DNA from: Mustelus asterias
Taxonomy: Eukaryota
Reading direction: 5' to 3'
DNA length: 64,000 nt
NCBI RefSeq assembly: GCF_964213995.1
Contig: NC_135808.1
Span: 41,540,001-41,604,000 of the forward strand
The notes under the pieces are model-generated. The model saw only the letters and a list, made by a program, of their open reading frames with translations, was not told where the DNA came from and did not search any database. Shown here in pieces: positions 1 through 11,959 of this stretch. Each line of letters starts with the position of its first letter. Position 1 is the stretch's first letter. Position numbers and translations under genes: made by a program.

Positions 1-1285
1 AACTGGGCAGATAAGTGGCAGATGGAATTTAACCCTAAAAAGGTTGAAAGGGGTGGCACAGTTGCACAGTGGTTAGCACTGCTACCTCACAGTGCCAGGG
101 ACCCGGATTCAATTCCGGCCTTGGGTGACTGTGTTGAGTTTGCATATTCTCCCCGTGTCTGTGTGGGTTTCCTCCCACAGTCCAAAGATGTGTGGGTTAA
201 GTTGATTGGCCATGCTAAATTGCCCCTTAGTGTCCCAAGATGTGTAGATTAGGGGGATTAGCGGGGTAAATACGTAGGGCTACAGGGATAGGGGCTGGGT
301 GGGATTGTTGTTGGTGCAGGCTTGACGGGCCGTATGGCCTCCTTCTGCACTGTAGGATTCTATGATTCTAAGTGTGAGGTGATACAGTTTGGAAGGAATA
401 ATTTGACAAGGAAGTACTCAATGAATGACATGACACTAGGAAGTTGTGTGGAACAAAGGGACCTTGGTGTGTTTGTCCATAGATCTCTGAAGATGGAAGG
501 ACATGTTAGTAGGTGAAAAAGGCATATTGTACACTTGCCTTTATCAATCGAGGCATAGATTCCAAAAGCAGGGAAGTCATGTTGGAGTTGTATAGAACTT
601 TGCTGAGGCCACAGCTGGAGTACTGTGTGCGGTTCTGGTCACCACATTGTCAGAAGGATGTGATTGCACTGGAGGGGGTGCAGAGGAGATTCACCAGGAT
701 GCTGCCTGGGATGGAGCATTTAAGTTATGAAGAGAGGTTGGGTAGGCTTGGATTGTTTTCATTGGAGTAGAGAAGACTGAGGGGCGACCTGATTGAGGTG
801 TACAAGATACTGAGAGACATGGATAAAGTGGATAAGAAGCAGCTGTTCTCCTGAGTTGAAGGGTCAGTCTCGAGGGGACATAGGTTCAAGGTGAGGGGCA
901 AGAGGCTTAGAGGGATGTGGGGAAAAGCTTTTTTTCACAGAAGGTGGTGAGGGTCTGGAATGCGCTGCCCGGGAGGGTGGTAGAAGCGAGTTGCCTCACA
1001 TCCTTTAAAAAGTATCTGGATGAGCACTTGGCACACCATAACATTTAATACTGTGGGTCAAGTGCTGGTAGATGGGATTAGGCGGGAGTTCAGGGCCGGA
1101 ATTTTACTCTCAGGAATTGGAGCGGGCGAGAGGCGGACAATGGGAAAGTCCGTTGACCTCAGGCAGGATTTTACTGTTTTGTGACAAGCCAGGCCGTAAA
1201 ATGCCGCAACAGGTGTTTCTTGCATGTCGGTACAGACTCGATGGGCCGAAGAACCTCTTCTACACTGTCTGATTCTATGATTCTA
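1..1285 (+). mobile_element. CR1 LINE 3' fragment (RT C-terminus), interrupted by a SINE and a MITE
   Basis: WQMEFN, LYRTLLRPQLEYCVRFWSP and ERLGRLGLFSLE motifs, with stops. Confidence 0.9.
51..369 (+). mobile_element. HE1-type tRNA-derived SINE
   Basis: A box GCACAGTGG, B-box-like ATTCAATTCC, conserved body and (TTCTATGA)n tail shared with CR1 3' ends. Confidence 0.85.
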
Positions 1286-1560
1286 ATGTTCTGGGCACCT
1301 GGGTTCGAATCCCGCATGACAGATGGTGAAATTTGAATTCAATAAAAGTCTGGGATTAAAAGTCTAATGATGACCATGAAACCATTGTCAAATGTTGTAA
1401 AAACCAAACTGGTTCAGTAATGTCTTTTGGGGAAAGAAATCAGCTGTCCTTACCTGGTCTGATCTACATGTGCCCTCTGAAAGCTACTCAATTTAAGGGC
1501 AATTAGTGATGGGCAATAAATGCTGGCTCAGCAAAAACACCCACAGCCCATGGATGAATA
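1286..1560 (+). mobile_element. Second SINE family (copies also at ~49935-50200 + and ~62075-62350 -)
   Basis: Shared GGTTCRAATCCC head, AAGGAAATCTGCC.TCCTTAC core and GGGCAATAAAT.CTGG tail across the dispersed copies. Confidence 0.65.
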
Positions 1561-1563
1561 GAA

Positions 1564-1906
1564 ACGGTAGCACAGTGGTTAGCACTGCTGCTTCACAGCT
1601 CCAGGGACCTGGGTTCGATTCCCGGCTTGGGTCACTGTCTGTGCGGAGTTTGCACATTCTCCTCGTGTCTGCGTGGGTTTCCTCCGGGTGCTCCGGTTTC
1701 CTCCCACAGTCCAAAAATGTGTGGGTTAGGTTGATTGGCCATGGTAAAATTGCCCCTTAGTGTCCGGAGATGCGTGGATTAGAGGGATTAGTGGGTAAAG
1801 TATGCAGTGATTATGGGGGTAGGGCCTGGGTGGGATTGTGGTCGGTGCAGACTCGATGGGCCGAATGGCCTCTTTCTGTACTGTAGGGTTTCTATGATTT
1901 CTATGA
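1564..1906 (+). mobile_element. HE1-type SINE
   Basis: Full-length copy with GGTTCGATTCC B box and TTTCTATGA tail. Confidence 0.9.
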
Positions 1907-2099
1907 TAAACTGGGACACATTTGTGGCCAGAGAGGCTGGTTTGCAATCAGGGGAACTGGGATTATGAAGGGAGCTGGAATTCTAACAGAGATCCAAGCT
2001 CAGTGTAGTGCAGTGAACTCCACACTATTCCTAATCCCTCACCCTATAATAATAGTTCATGAACAAGTCTGCAAATTTCACTGTATAACATTGAGTATT

Positions 2100-3290
2100 C
2101 TACATTCAGTACTTGGGATACATACAGAAGAATGCCAACCGAAGGAACAAGGCAGCGTGTACACCTTTTTCTGGAAGGATTTTCCAGAAGAAGAATGATG
2201 CCCCCATGGGGTGGACTTCACTATCAAAACTGAACTCCTCTGGAGCCTCAGTGACTCCCCCTGTGGGATAAGTGAGGGCTTCATGACTGCCCAATTCACC
2301 CTAATGAGGAATCAGCACATCATTGTCATCAGTGCTAACACTCCTGCTCTACATGCAACAGACCAGAACAAGGAAGGATTAAAATGCTGATCCTGAGCAA
2401 TCCTTAATCTGAGACCCAACAGGTGACCACCTGAACCTCCTTGGAAATTTCAATTGAATGAGGAAGAATATGAATCTTTGGATGGGGGTGATAGTTAATG
2501 AAGGAGCAGGGAAAGTAAACTCCAACAGAGTGAGCCTCATGTTAAAATGTCCAGAACATGACCCTGTCATATGCAACACCCTGTTCTGGCAGTGAGACTA
2601 TCAGAAGATCTCATGGCAATATCCATGCTGCAAACACTGGTACTTTCTCAGTTACTTCATCATTTGAGCAAGAGATCACAGAGATGTGCATGGGTAACTG
2701 GCATTGCAATGGTTAATGTGGGACTGGAAAACAATACCAACCCCCCCACAGTATGATGCAAAGTGACACATAACCTGGACTGGACAGAGACCTGTGTAGA
2801 TACAAGCATGGAAGTTGCGTATAGCTTGGACTGTACCCAGAACAAAGTTATGTCCCATCAATAATCAGGTTAATGTTCAACTACACAAGACTCAGGAACT
2901 CTTTGTGAGACCGACTGAACCTACAACAAAAACCTCGCACCATATAGTGACAATGGCTGGACTCATCACCACCTTATCCAACCTACCATCTCCATCAGCC
3001 TGGCGTCCAGATAGCAGAAGCAATGCTACAAGAATATTCACAATGGAGGACTCAAAGATCCAACCAAGGTGTTTCTTCTCAGTCAGTACTCACTGTCAAC
3101 CTCTCAACATCCAGCCATCAGCAGCTACAGTGCGTCCATACAGCCTGACCAACATTAAACTCCACCATAACAAGGCGCAGAGAAGAGATCCTTGATCTCT
3201 CTATCAGGAAACAACTTGACTGCTTTCACAAAGATAACCAAATCGAATGCAAGTGTAAAGCTTTCACAGACTGGAAACTCCACAACAACA
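2100..3290 (+). mobile_element. Degenerate RTE-clade LINE fragment (endonuclease region)
   Basis: YTFFWK...HGVDFTIK...SPCGISE..MT...IIVISANTPAL resembles the RTE endonuclease; many stops and frameshifts. Confidence 0.6.
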
Positions 3291-3550
3291 ACTCCACAAC
3301 AATGTGCGGGTTAGGTTGATTAGCCATGCTAAAATTGCCCTTAGTGTCCTGAGATGCGTAGGTTAGAGGGATTAGTGGGTAAATATGTAGGGATATGGGG
3401 GTAGGGCCTGGGTGGGATTGTGGTCGGTGCAGACTCGATGGGCCGAATGGCCTCTTTCTGTGCTGTAGGGTTTCTATGATTCTATGATTTCTAACTCAAG
3501 AAAAAAAAGTAGCAGCCCGACAGGTGGTTGAATGGAGCAATACAGCATAA

Positions 3551-4232
3551 ATTAATCAGGAATTCACTTGTGATCCGATCAATCGGGGTAAATTCACACT
3601 CTGTTGTTGGGTTGGGAGGTTCGTGTTTGTCTCTGTCAATAAAAAATTGTAAACAGGTAAAGATTACAACAACAACTTGTATTTATATAGCCCCTTCAAC
3701 ACAATAAAATGTCCTGTGGAGATTCACAGGAACATTCCAGCACGAGCTGTGACAGTGAGCTGCATAAGGAGATATTAGGCCAGAATAACAAATATTTGGT
3801 CAGAGGTAGTGGTTAAGGATTGTCTGAGGCAGAGAGGGGGAGAGGTTTAAGGGAGGGAATTCCAGACGGTTTGGGTCCAGGCAGCTGAAGAGCTGGTGAA
3901 CAATGGCGGGGCGATTAAAATCGGAGTTGCTGAGGAGACAACATTACAGGAGTGGAGTTAGATTGGAGGGTTGTGGGGGTGGAGGAGAGGGAGGAGTGAG
4001 GCCATGGAGGGATTTGAAAACAAGGAGAGAATTTTCACATGAAGACGTTGCAGGTTAGGTTGATTGGCCATGCTAAATTGCCCCTTAGAGTTCGGGGGAT
4101 TAGCAGGGTAAATGGATGGGGCCTGGGTGGGATTGTGGTCGGTGCAGACTTAGTGGGCCGGGACCCAATCTTTAAAGTAAAGTTTAAAGTTTATTTAGGC
4201 TTACATTAACACTGCAATGAAGTTACTGTGAA
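3551..4232 (+). repeat. Near-identical inverted copy of class I intron 1 segment 59158-59832
   Basis: Reverse-complement match across several internal repeat junctions, with a handful of substitutions and a 7-nt duplication. Confidence 0.93.
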
Positions 4233-4823
4233 GTTTCTGATAGCCAAGTTCCAACCATTATTCATGTAAATTGAGTTTGTGTCTTTATATACCCTGTTTG
4301 TGAACAGAATTCCCACTCACCTGAAGAAGGGGCTTCAGGCTCCGAAAGCTTGTGTGGCTTTTGCTACCAAATAAACCTGTTGGACTTTAACCTGGTGTTG
4401 TTAAACTTCTTACTGTATCAGTTTCTGCTCAGCGACTCAGCAGAAACTGATAGCCAAGTTCCGCACACATGAGGATGGCCTAAACCGGGATGTTGGGTTC
4501 ATGTCACACTATCAGTAACCCCCACAGCTTGCCTCCTGGACCTGCAGAATTTCACTGGCTGTCCTGTCTGGAGACAATACACATCTCTTTAACCTGTGCT
4601 TAATGCTCCCTCCGCTCACATTGTCTGTATCTTTAAGACCTGGTTGGCTGTAGAGATTCGCATTCTAATCAGTACTCTGTAACTTGATTTTGTGTCTCTG
4701 TATGCCCTGTTTGAGAGCAGAATTCCACTCCATCTGACGAAGGGGCAGCGCTCCGAAAACTAATGGCATTTGCTACCAAATAAACCTGTTGGACTTTAAC
4801 CTGGTGTTGTTAAAACTCTTACT
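4233..4823 (+). mobile_element. Penelope-like element patchwork (two pLTR ends, GIY-YIG C-terminal stub, short fold-back)
   Basis: QKLIAKFRTHEDGLNRDVGFMSHYQ* and two copies of the pLTR end (ACCAAATAAACCTGTTGGACTTTAACCTGGTGTTG); no TSD found. Confidence 0.85.
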
Positions 4824-5110
4824 CTTAATTTAACCCCTTTAACCCCAGGAATAGTCTGCTGAAACTTCGCTCCACTCCCTCCAAGGCCAATATATCCTGC
4901 CTGATAGGCGATGCCCAAAACTGAACACAGTTCTCCAGATAGGGATAAAACAGAGCTCTGTACAGCTGGAACATAACTTCCGACCCTCAGTATTCCAGCC
5001 CTTGAGATAAAGGACAGCATTCTTTAATTATTGTTTCTATCTATCCAATATATTTTTGGTTTTGAGTCCCTAAATCTTTCGACTTGTCCACAGTTCCCAA
5101 TTTCTCACTG

Positions 5111-5410
5111 GGGCAGCACAGTGGCACAGTGGTTAGCATTGCTACCTCACAGTGCGAGGGACCCGGGTTCAATTCCGGCCTTGGGTGACTGTCTGTGTGG
5201 AATTTGCACGTACTCCCCGTGTCCTCCGGGTGCTCTGGTTTCCTTCCACAGTCCAAAGATATGCGGGTCAGGTGAATTAGCCCTGGTAAATGTGCAGGTT
5301 ACAGGGATAGGGCAGGGAGGAGGGCCTGGGTACACTGCTTTTTTGGAGAGTTGGTGCTATCCCAAAGGACGAATGGCCTCTTTCTGCACGATGGGACTCT
5401 TTTCTATAGA
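5111..5410 (+). mobile_element. HE1-type SINE (diverged); a 5'-truncated copy also lies at ~3302-3492
   Basis: Same head and body motifs as the other copies. Confidence 0.8.
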
Positions 5411-5691
5411 TTTTATAGACTTTGCCAGAAATATTCAGTTTGATTTTTTTTAGTTCCACAGTGGATGACCTGTCTTTCCCACATTAAACTCAATCTGTTA
5501 CAGTTTTACCAACTCACTTCATCTGTTAATATCCCTTTGGAACTTTCTGTTCCCATCGATGCAACTTACTGAACTTAGTAACATTTATAACTTTTGATGT
5601 GCGATTAATTCACTCGGGAGGCTGGATCGTACCCGGGAAATAAAGGCTTTTATTAGTAACAAGAATGGAGCATACTGCTTAACAATACAAT

Positions 5692-6713
5692 GATGTGGAG
5701 GCATCGATCAACAGTTCCAACGCGCCACAGCGAAAAACCGCACCGACCTCCTCAGAAGACAAACACGGGACACAGCGGACAGAGTACCCTTCGTTGTCCA
5801 GTACTTCCCCGGAGCGGAGAAGCTACGGCATCTCCTCCGGAGCCTTCAACATGTCATTGATGAAGACGAACATCTCGCCAAGGCCATCCCCACACCCTCA
5901 CTTCTTGCCTTCAAACAACCATGCAACCTCAAACAGACCATTGTCCGCAGCAAACTACCCAGCCTTCAGGAGAACAGTGACCATGACACCACACAACCCT
6001 GCCACAGCAACCTCTGCAAGACATGCCGGATCATCGACACAGATGCCATTATCTCACGTGAGAACACCATCCACCAGGTACACGGTACATACTCTTGCAA
6101 CTCGGCCAACGTTGTCTACCTGATACGCTGCAAGAAAGGATGTCCCGAGGCATGGTACATTGGGGAAACCATGCAGACGCTACGACAATGGATGAATGAA
6201 CACCGCTCGACAATCACCAGGCAAGACCGTTCTCTTCCTGTGGGGGAGCACTTCAGCAGTCACGGGCATTCAGCCTTGGATCTTCAGGTAAGCGTTCTCC
6301 AAGGCGGCCTTCACGACACACGACAGCGCAGAGTCGCTGAGCAGAAACTGATAGCCAAGTTCCGCACACATGAGGACGGCCTAAACCGGGATGTTGGATT
6401 TATGTCACATTATCAGTAACCCCCACAGCTCGCCCCTGGTCTTGCATAATCTCACCAGCTGTTCTGTCTGGAGACAATACACATCTCTTTAACCTGTGTT
6501 TAATGTTCCCTCCAACCACATTATCTGTACCTTTTAAGACCTGGCTGGCTGTAGAGATTTGCATTCTAATTAGTATTCTGTAACTTGATTTCTGTGTCTG
6601 TTGGAGAACAGATATCCACTCCATCTGACGAAGGAGCTGTGCTCCGAAAGCTTATGGTATTTGCTACCAAATAAACCTGTTGGACTTTAACCTGGTGTTG
6701 TGAGACTTCTTAC
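5692..6713 (+). mobile_element. Penelope-like element fragment with GIY-YIG endonuclease, inserted in the Gypsy A 3' LTR
   Basis: Open frame ~5703-6419 contains CHSNLCKTC...NVVYLIRC...WYIGET..LRQWMNEHR...EQKLIAKF...GLN; 12-bp TSD TAACAATACAAT at 5680-5691 and 6714-6725. Confidence 0.93.
6621..6657 (+). ncRNA. Minimal type I hammerhead ribozyme motif in Penelope pLTR (others at ~4318-4354, ~4730-4766, ~30634-30670, ~37170-37206 on +; ~29820-29856, ~33335-33369, ~36257-36293 on -)
   Basis: CCAT-CTGACGA-A-GGAGC(TGT)GCTCC-GAAA-GC-TT-ATGG: catalytic core CUGANGA/GAAA, stems I and II, and a palindromic AGCU stem III. PLEs are known to carry such motifs. Confidence 0.75.
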
Positions 6714-7213
6714 TAACAATACAATCCCAGACTAAAGGGTCACTAGGCAGTGCAGTGACCTTTATACTCCTACAGGTAGGCGGAGCCAACCGGAGTGTAC
6801 CACAGAACAATACCAACAGGTGGAACACCCCAACCCTAACCCCAACAGTGACAACAGTAACATATGTACAAGTACCCATAGTGCTAACCATCTATGGTTC
6901 AGTACCCATAGTGGTAACCATCTATGGTTCACCACATTCACCCCTTCTTTAAAACAAAGGCCGGTGGAGCAAAAAAACAGTACGAACTGTCCATATATTC
7001 ACAAGTTCAGTCGTATCGGAGGGCCGCACCGTCTCTGCGACCTCCTCAACACTGGCGGTAGCGCCAGTTCTGGTGACCATGATGACCCTCTCTCCAAGGC
7101 GGTGTCCAGTGACTCCTCCAGTTCCTCACGGACGGTGGACCACGAGGTGGCGACAATCTCCTGGACTCAGGAACGCCCCGAGGTGGCGACAATCTCCTGG
7201 ACTCAGGCAAGCT

Positions 7214-10200
7214 CTACACGGGAGTAAGAGGATTAAGTGGTGATCCCGATACTGCCCGCGCCGTGTCAGCAGGGGAGATAAAGGGCAAGGGGTCCCTAAC
7301 CAGGGGTACGGGAGCGACGGGGGTTTCCAGGTCCCCTGCAGGCGCCAGATCTCGAATCGAGACCGTGTCCTCTCGCCCGTCAGGATATGCTACATCGGCA
7401 TATTGAGGGTTGGCGTGGAGGAGATGGACCTGTTCAACCAAAGGGTCGGACTTGCGGGTCCTAACATGCTGCCGCAGGAGGACAGGTCCTGAGTACGTCA
7501 ACCAAGACGGCAGTGAGGTCCCAGAGGAAGACTTCCTGGGGAAGGTAAACATCCACTCATGTGGGGTAGCGTTGGTTGCCGTACACAGGAGGGACCGGAT
7601 TGAATGGAGCGCATCAGAAAGTACCTCTTGCCAACGGGAGACTGGAAGACCCTTAGACCTCAACGCCAGTAAGACAGCCTTCCAGACTGTAGCGTTTTCT
7701 CTTTCGACCTGCCCGTTACCCCTGGGGTTGTAACTCGTAGTCCTACTTGAGGCAATTCCTTTAGAGAGCAGGTATTGCCTCACGTCGTCACTCATAAACG
7801 ACGAACCCCTATCACTGTGGATATAACTGGGGTAACCAAACAGGGTGAAAAGATCCCGCAATGCTTTGATAACCGTGGCAGCGGTCATGTCTGAACAGGG
7901 AATGGCAAAAGGGAATCGGGAGTACTCGTCAACCACGTTGAGGAAGTACACATTCCGATCTGTCGAAGGAATCAACACTCAGTCTTTCAAAAGGGCGAGT
8001 GGCTTTAATGAGGTGTGCCCTGTCAGGTCGGTAGAAGTGCGGCTTGCATTCAGCACATACCTGGCAGCTTCGAGTTATCGACCTGACATCCTCTACGGAG
8101 TAGGGTAGATTCCGGGCCTTTACAAAATGGAAGAGCCGAGTGATCCCCGGATGGCAGAGATCATTGTGGAGGGCCTGTAGCCGGTCCTCCTGCACACTCA
8201 TAGAAACCCTATAGTGCAGAAGGAGGCCATTCGGCCCATCGAGTCTGCACCGACCACAATCCCACCCAGGCCCTACCCCCACATATTTTACCCGCTAATC
8301 CCACTAACCTACGCATCTCAGGACTCTAAGGGGCAATTTTTAACCTGGCCAATCAACCTAACCCGTACATCTTTGGACTGTGGGAGGAAACCGGAGCATC
8401 CGGAGGAAACCCACGCAGACACGAGGAGAATGTGCAAACTCCACACAGACAGTGACCCGAGCCAGGAATCGAACCCGGGACCCTGGAGCTGTGAAGCAGC
8501 AGTGCTAACCACTGTGCTACCGTGCCGCCACTGGCACATGTTCCACGTGACAGGGCGTCTGAGGGCTCATTGAGCTTCCCTGGACGGTACATGATATCAT
8601 AGTTGTAGGTGGAGAGTTCGATTCTCCACCTCAAGATTTTATCATTTTTGATCTTACCCCTTAACGTGTTGTTGAACATGAACACCACGGACCGCTGGTA
8701 GTTGAGCAGGGTGAATCGTTTTCCCGCCAAGTAATGGCGCCAATGCCAGGCGGCCTCCACAATGGCCTGAGCCTCTTTTTCCACAGCGGAGTGCCGAATT
8801 TCAGGGCCTTGGAGGGTGCGAGAGAAAAAGGCGACGGGCCTGCCCGCCTGGTTAAGTGTGGCGGCCAGGGCGAAATCAGATGCATCACTCTCCACCTGGA
8901 AGGGGATGGACTCATCGACAGCGTGCATTGTGGCATTCGCGATGTCAGCTTTTATCCCTTCAAAGACTAAGCGAGCCTCTGCTGCCAGGGGAAAAGAGGT
9001 AGACTTTATGAGCGGACGGGCTTTGTCCGCATAATTGGGAACCCACTGTGCGTAATACGAAAAGAAGCCTAAGCATCTTCTCAGTGCTTTGATGCTAGTG
9101 GGTAGGGGAAGTTCAAGGAGGGGACGCATATGGTCTGGATCAGGGCCAAGGACCCCGTTTTCCACCACGTATCCGAGAATTGCTAGGCGGCGTTTGCTGA
9201 ATACACACTTCTCCCTGTTATAGGTCAGATTCAGGCGAGACGCAGTGCGTAAAAACTTTAGGAGGTTGGCATTGTGGTCTTGCTGGTAATGGCCGCAGAT
9301 AGTGACGTTGTCCAGGTACGGAAAGGTAGCCCGTAGCCCATTTTGGTCCACCATTCGGTCCATTGCACGCTGGAAGACCGAGACCCCATTCGTGACGTCA
9401 AAAGGGACCCTTAAGAAGTGGTAAAGACGACCATCCGCCTCAAAGGCCGTATATTTTCGGTCCTCTGGGCGAATGGGGAGCTGGTGATAGGCTGACTTCA
9501 AGTCGATGGTGGAGAACACCTGGTACTGCGCAATCTGGTTGACCATGTCAGATATGCCCGGGAGAGGGTACGCGTCCAGCTGCGTGTACCTATTAATGGT
9601 CTGACTATAGTCTATGACCATCCGGGGCTTGTCTCCAGTCTTGACCACCACGACTTGTGCTCTCCATGGGCTAGTGCTAGGTTGAATGATCCCTTCCCTG
9701 AGGAGCCGCTGAACCTCAGATCGAATAAAGATCCGATCCTCAGCGCTGTAACGCCTGCTCTTGTTGCGATGGGCTTGCAGCCTGGCACGAGATTCTCAAA
9801 TAAAGATGGCGGGGTGATTCTGGGTGTCGAGAGACTGCACATGGAGCGCGCTGGGCAATTTGGAGGCTGCTGTTCTCCCACTGAAAGTGGAGGGAGTGGC
9901 CCATCGTACTGCAGGGTCACACTCCTCAGGTGGACCATAAAGTCTAGTCCCAGGAGTATCAGAGCGCAAAGGTGCGGTAACACGAGGAGCCTGAAGTTCT
10001 GATAAACTGTGCCCCGCACCGTTAGGTTTACCACGCAGCTCCCAAGAACAGTAACAGATCGGGACCTCGACGCCATAGAAATTGTCTGTCTGACAGTCTG
10101 TACTCGGAGAGCGCACCGTTTCACGGTGTCAGGATGAATGAAACTCTCCGTGCTCCCGCTGTCAAACAGACAATGTATCAAGCGTCCGTTTACCTCTATG

Positions 10201-10397
10201 TCCATCATGGACTTGTCGAGTCTGTGAGGCTTGGCCTGGTCCAGGATGATTGACGCCACCATTGAATCTTGAGTGCAACTGCAGGCAGCTGAGATGGTCG
10301 ATGATGATGACCCCTGCTGGTCGTCTGGGGTCGGTGTCGACCAAAATGGCTGCGCCCATGGATCGCACGTGGTCGATGGCGTTGAAAGTGGCGGCAC
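7214..10397 (-). pseudogene. pol: Gypsy A pol (protease, RT, RNase H, integrase), broken by frameshifts and a SINE
   Basis: LFDSGS protease; FSTIDLKSAYHQ and YLDN RT motifs; ESDASD and EKEAQA RNase H; HNDLCH...CQVC, HSDRG and QVEREN integrase; HE1 SINE inserted at 8199-8528. Confidence 0.92.
8199..8528 (-). mobile_element. HE1-type SINE inside Gypsy A pol
   Basis: Splits GTCAS|VQEDRL; short CACT duplication on both sides. Confidence 0.92.
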
Positions 10398-10445
10398 TCG
10401 CGGGTCGCACGTGTCTTGCGTCGTCGTCCTCAGGAATGGCGGCGC

Positions 10446-11315
10446 TCATGAATCGCACGTGGTGGAAGACCTCGACGAAGCCGGAGACGAGGAGACAGAT
10501 CCTGGAGAGTCACACGCTGCACTGCTTGGCTTCGAAGGTGGTTTAGCTCGGCACACTTTAGCATAGTGCCCTTTCTTCCCACACGCGGAGCAAAATACCG
10601 TTCTGGCCGGACATCGCTGACGAGGGTGCTTTGCCAATCCACAGAAATAGCACCGCGGGCCACCTGGAGCTGCCGCCGCCGTCAGGTCCGAGGTTGAAAG
10701 CACGATCGCGCAGTTCCTAGGAGCCGCTGGATAGAGTTGAGTCGGTGGCTGTACTTGCCACGATGTTCCCACGTGGTCGGTGGGGTAAGTTTCAAGACTT
10801 CTGGAGGCCGTTTCCATCGCATCAGCCAATTCCACCGTCTTAGCTAGGTCTAAGTTACCTTGCTCTAGCAGCCGCAGGCGAATGTAGGATGAGCCGATTC
10901 CCGCCATGAACGCATCTCGGATCAAATCGTTAGTATACTGGGTCGCCGACACTGGCTTGCAATTGCAGGCTCTGGCTAGCTGCTGAAGTTCGCGCAGGTA
11001 CTGTGCCGTCGTTTCGCCGGGCTGCCGCCGTCGAGTGGCCAGTAGGTGCCGAGCATGAATCTCGTTTGGCGGTTTGTTGTACAGTTTCTTAAGTAGTTCG
11101 ATGGCCCCTTTGTAGTCTTGGGCATCGCGGATTGTTGCATACACAGTGTCGCTTACCCTTGCGTGGAGGACCCGCAATCTATCGGCGTCGTTTTGAATGG
11201 CTGTTGAGGCGTCAATATAATCTTGGAAACACTTCAACCAATGGTCGAAAGTGTTCGACGCTCCAGCTGCACGCGGATCTAAGGTAAGCCGATCTGGTTT
11301 TAACATTTGCTCCAT
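10446..11315 (-). CDS. gag: Gypsy A gag with two zinc knuckles
   Basis: CYFCGLAKHPRQRC and CSACGKKGHYAKVC; homologous to the N-terminus of the 15785 ORF; ends at a probably premature TGA. Confidence 0.9.
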   Translation of the reverse strand: MEQMLKPDRLTLDPRAAGASNTFDHWLKCFQDYIDASTAIQNDADRLRVLHARVSDTVYATIRDAQDYKGAIELLKKLYNKPPNEIHARHLLATRRRQPGETTAQYLRELQQLARACNCKPVSATQYTNDLIRDAFMAGIGSSYIRLRLLEQGNLDLAKTVELADAMETASRSLETYPTDHVGTSWQVQPPTQLYPAAPRNCAIVLSTSDLTAAAAPGGPRCYFCGLAKHPRQRCPARTVFCSACGKKGHYAKVCRAKPPSKPSSAACDSPGSVSSSPASSRSSTTCDS

Positions 11316-11959
11316 GGTTTTTTTTTCAACCAAAAATTGTTACTAATAAAATTGATGCGCGATTAAATCACTCAGGAGGCTGGATCGTACCCGGGAAATA
11401 AAGGCTTTTATTAGTAACAAGAATGGAGCATACTGCTTAACAATACAATCCCAGACTAAAGGGTCACTAGGCAGTGCAGTGACCTTTATACTCCTACAGG
11501 TAGGCGGAGCCAACCGGAGTGTACCACAGAACAATACCAACAGGTGGAACACCCCAACCCTAACCCCAACAGTAACAACAGTAACATATGTACAAGTACC
11601 CATAGTGCTAACCATCTATGGTTCACCACAACTTTGATGCACAACTTTCCTTCACTGATACATTTATAAATGTGGTGAACAGTTATGGCCCCAGTACAGA
11701 TCCCTGCGAGAGTACCAGTCACATCCCACCAATCAGATTACTTACCCATTAACCCCAATCTCTGTCTCCAACCTCCCAAAACTATTCCCAACCCAAGTCA
11801 AAAGACCCCATCCATACCCACTCCCATTCACTCTCATTTTTAGTAACAGTCTTTTGTGGGGAACCTTATGGAAAACCTCCTGGAAATCTATGGAATAATA
11901 CCCATAGACAATCCTTAATATTCTGTTAGTGACCTGCTCAAAATGCTCAGGAGGGGAAA

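Larger units (their letters stand above)
5595..11630 (-). mobile_element. Full-length Ty3/Gypsy LTR retrotransposon, family A (defective)
   Basis: TG...CA LTRs at 11353-11630 (5') and 5595-6936 (3', interrupted by a PLE); 5-bp TSD ACTTT at 5590-5594 and 11631-11635; PPT AAAGAAGGGGTGAA next to the 3' LTR; domain order gag-PR-RT-RH-IN. Confidence 0.96.

Noticed and set aside
1564-1640. tRNA gene suggested by A and B boxes
   Set aside because: It is the tRNA-derived head of a SINE, always followed by the same SINE body and tail.
6829-6846. Telomere-like CCCTAA/CCCCAA units in the Gypsy A LTR and the intron 1 satellite
   Set aside because: Only one exact unit in the LTR and degenerate C-runs elsewhere; not an interstitial telomere array.
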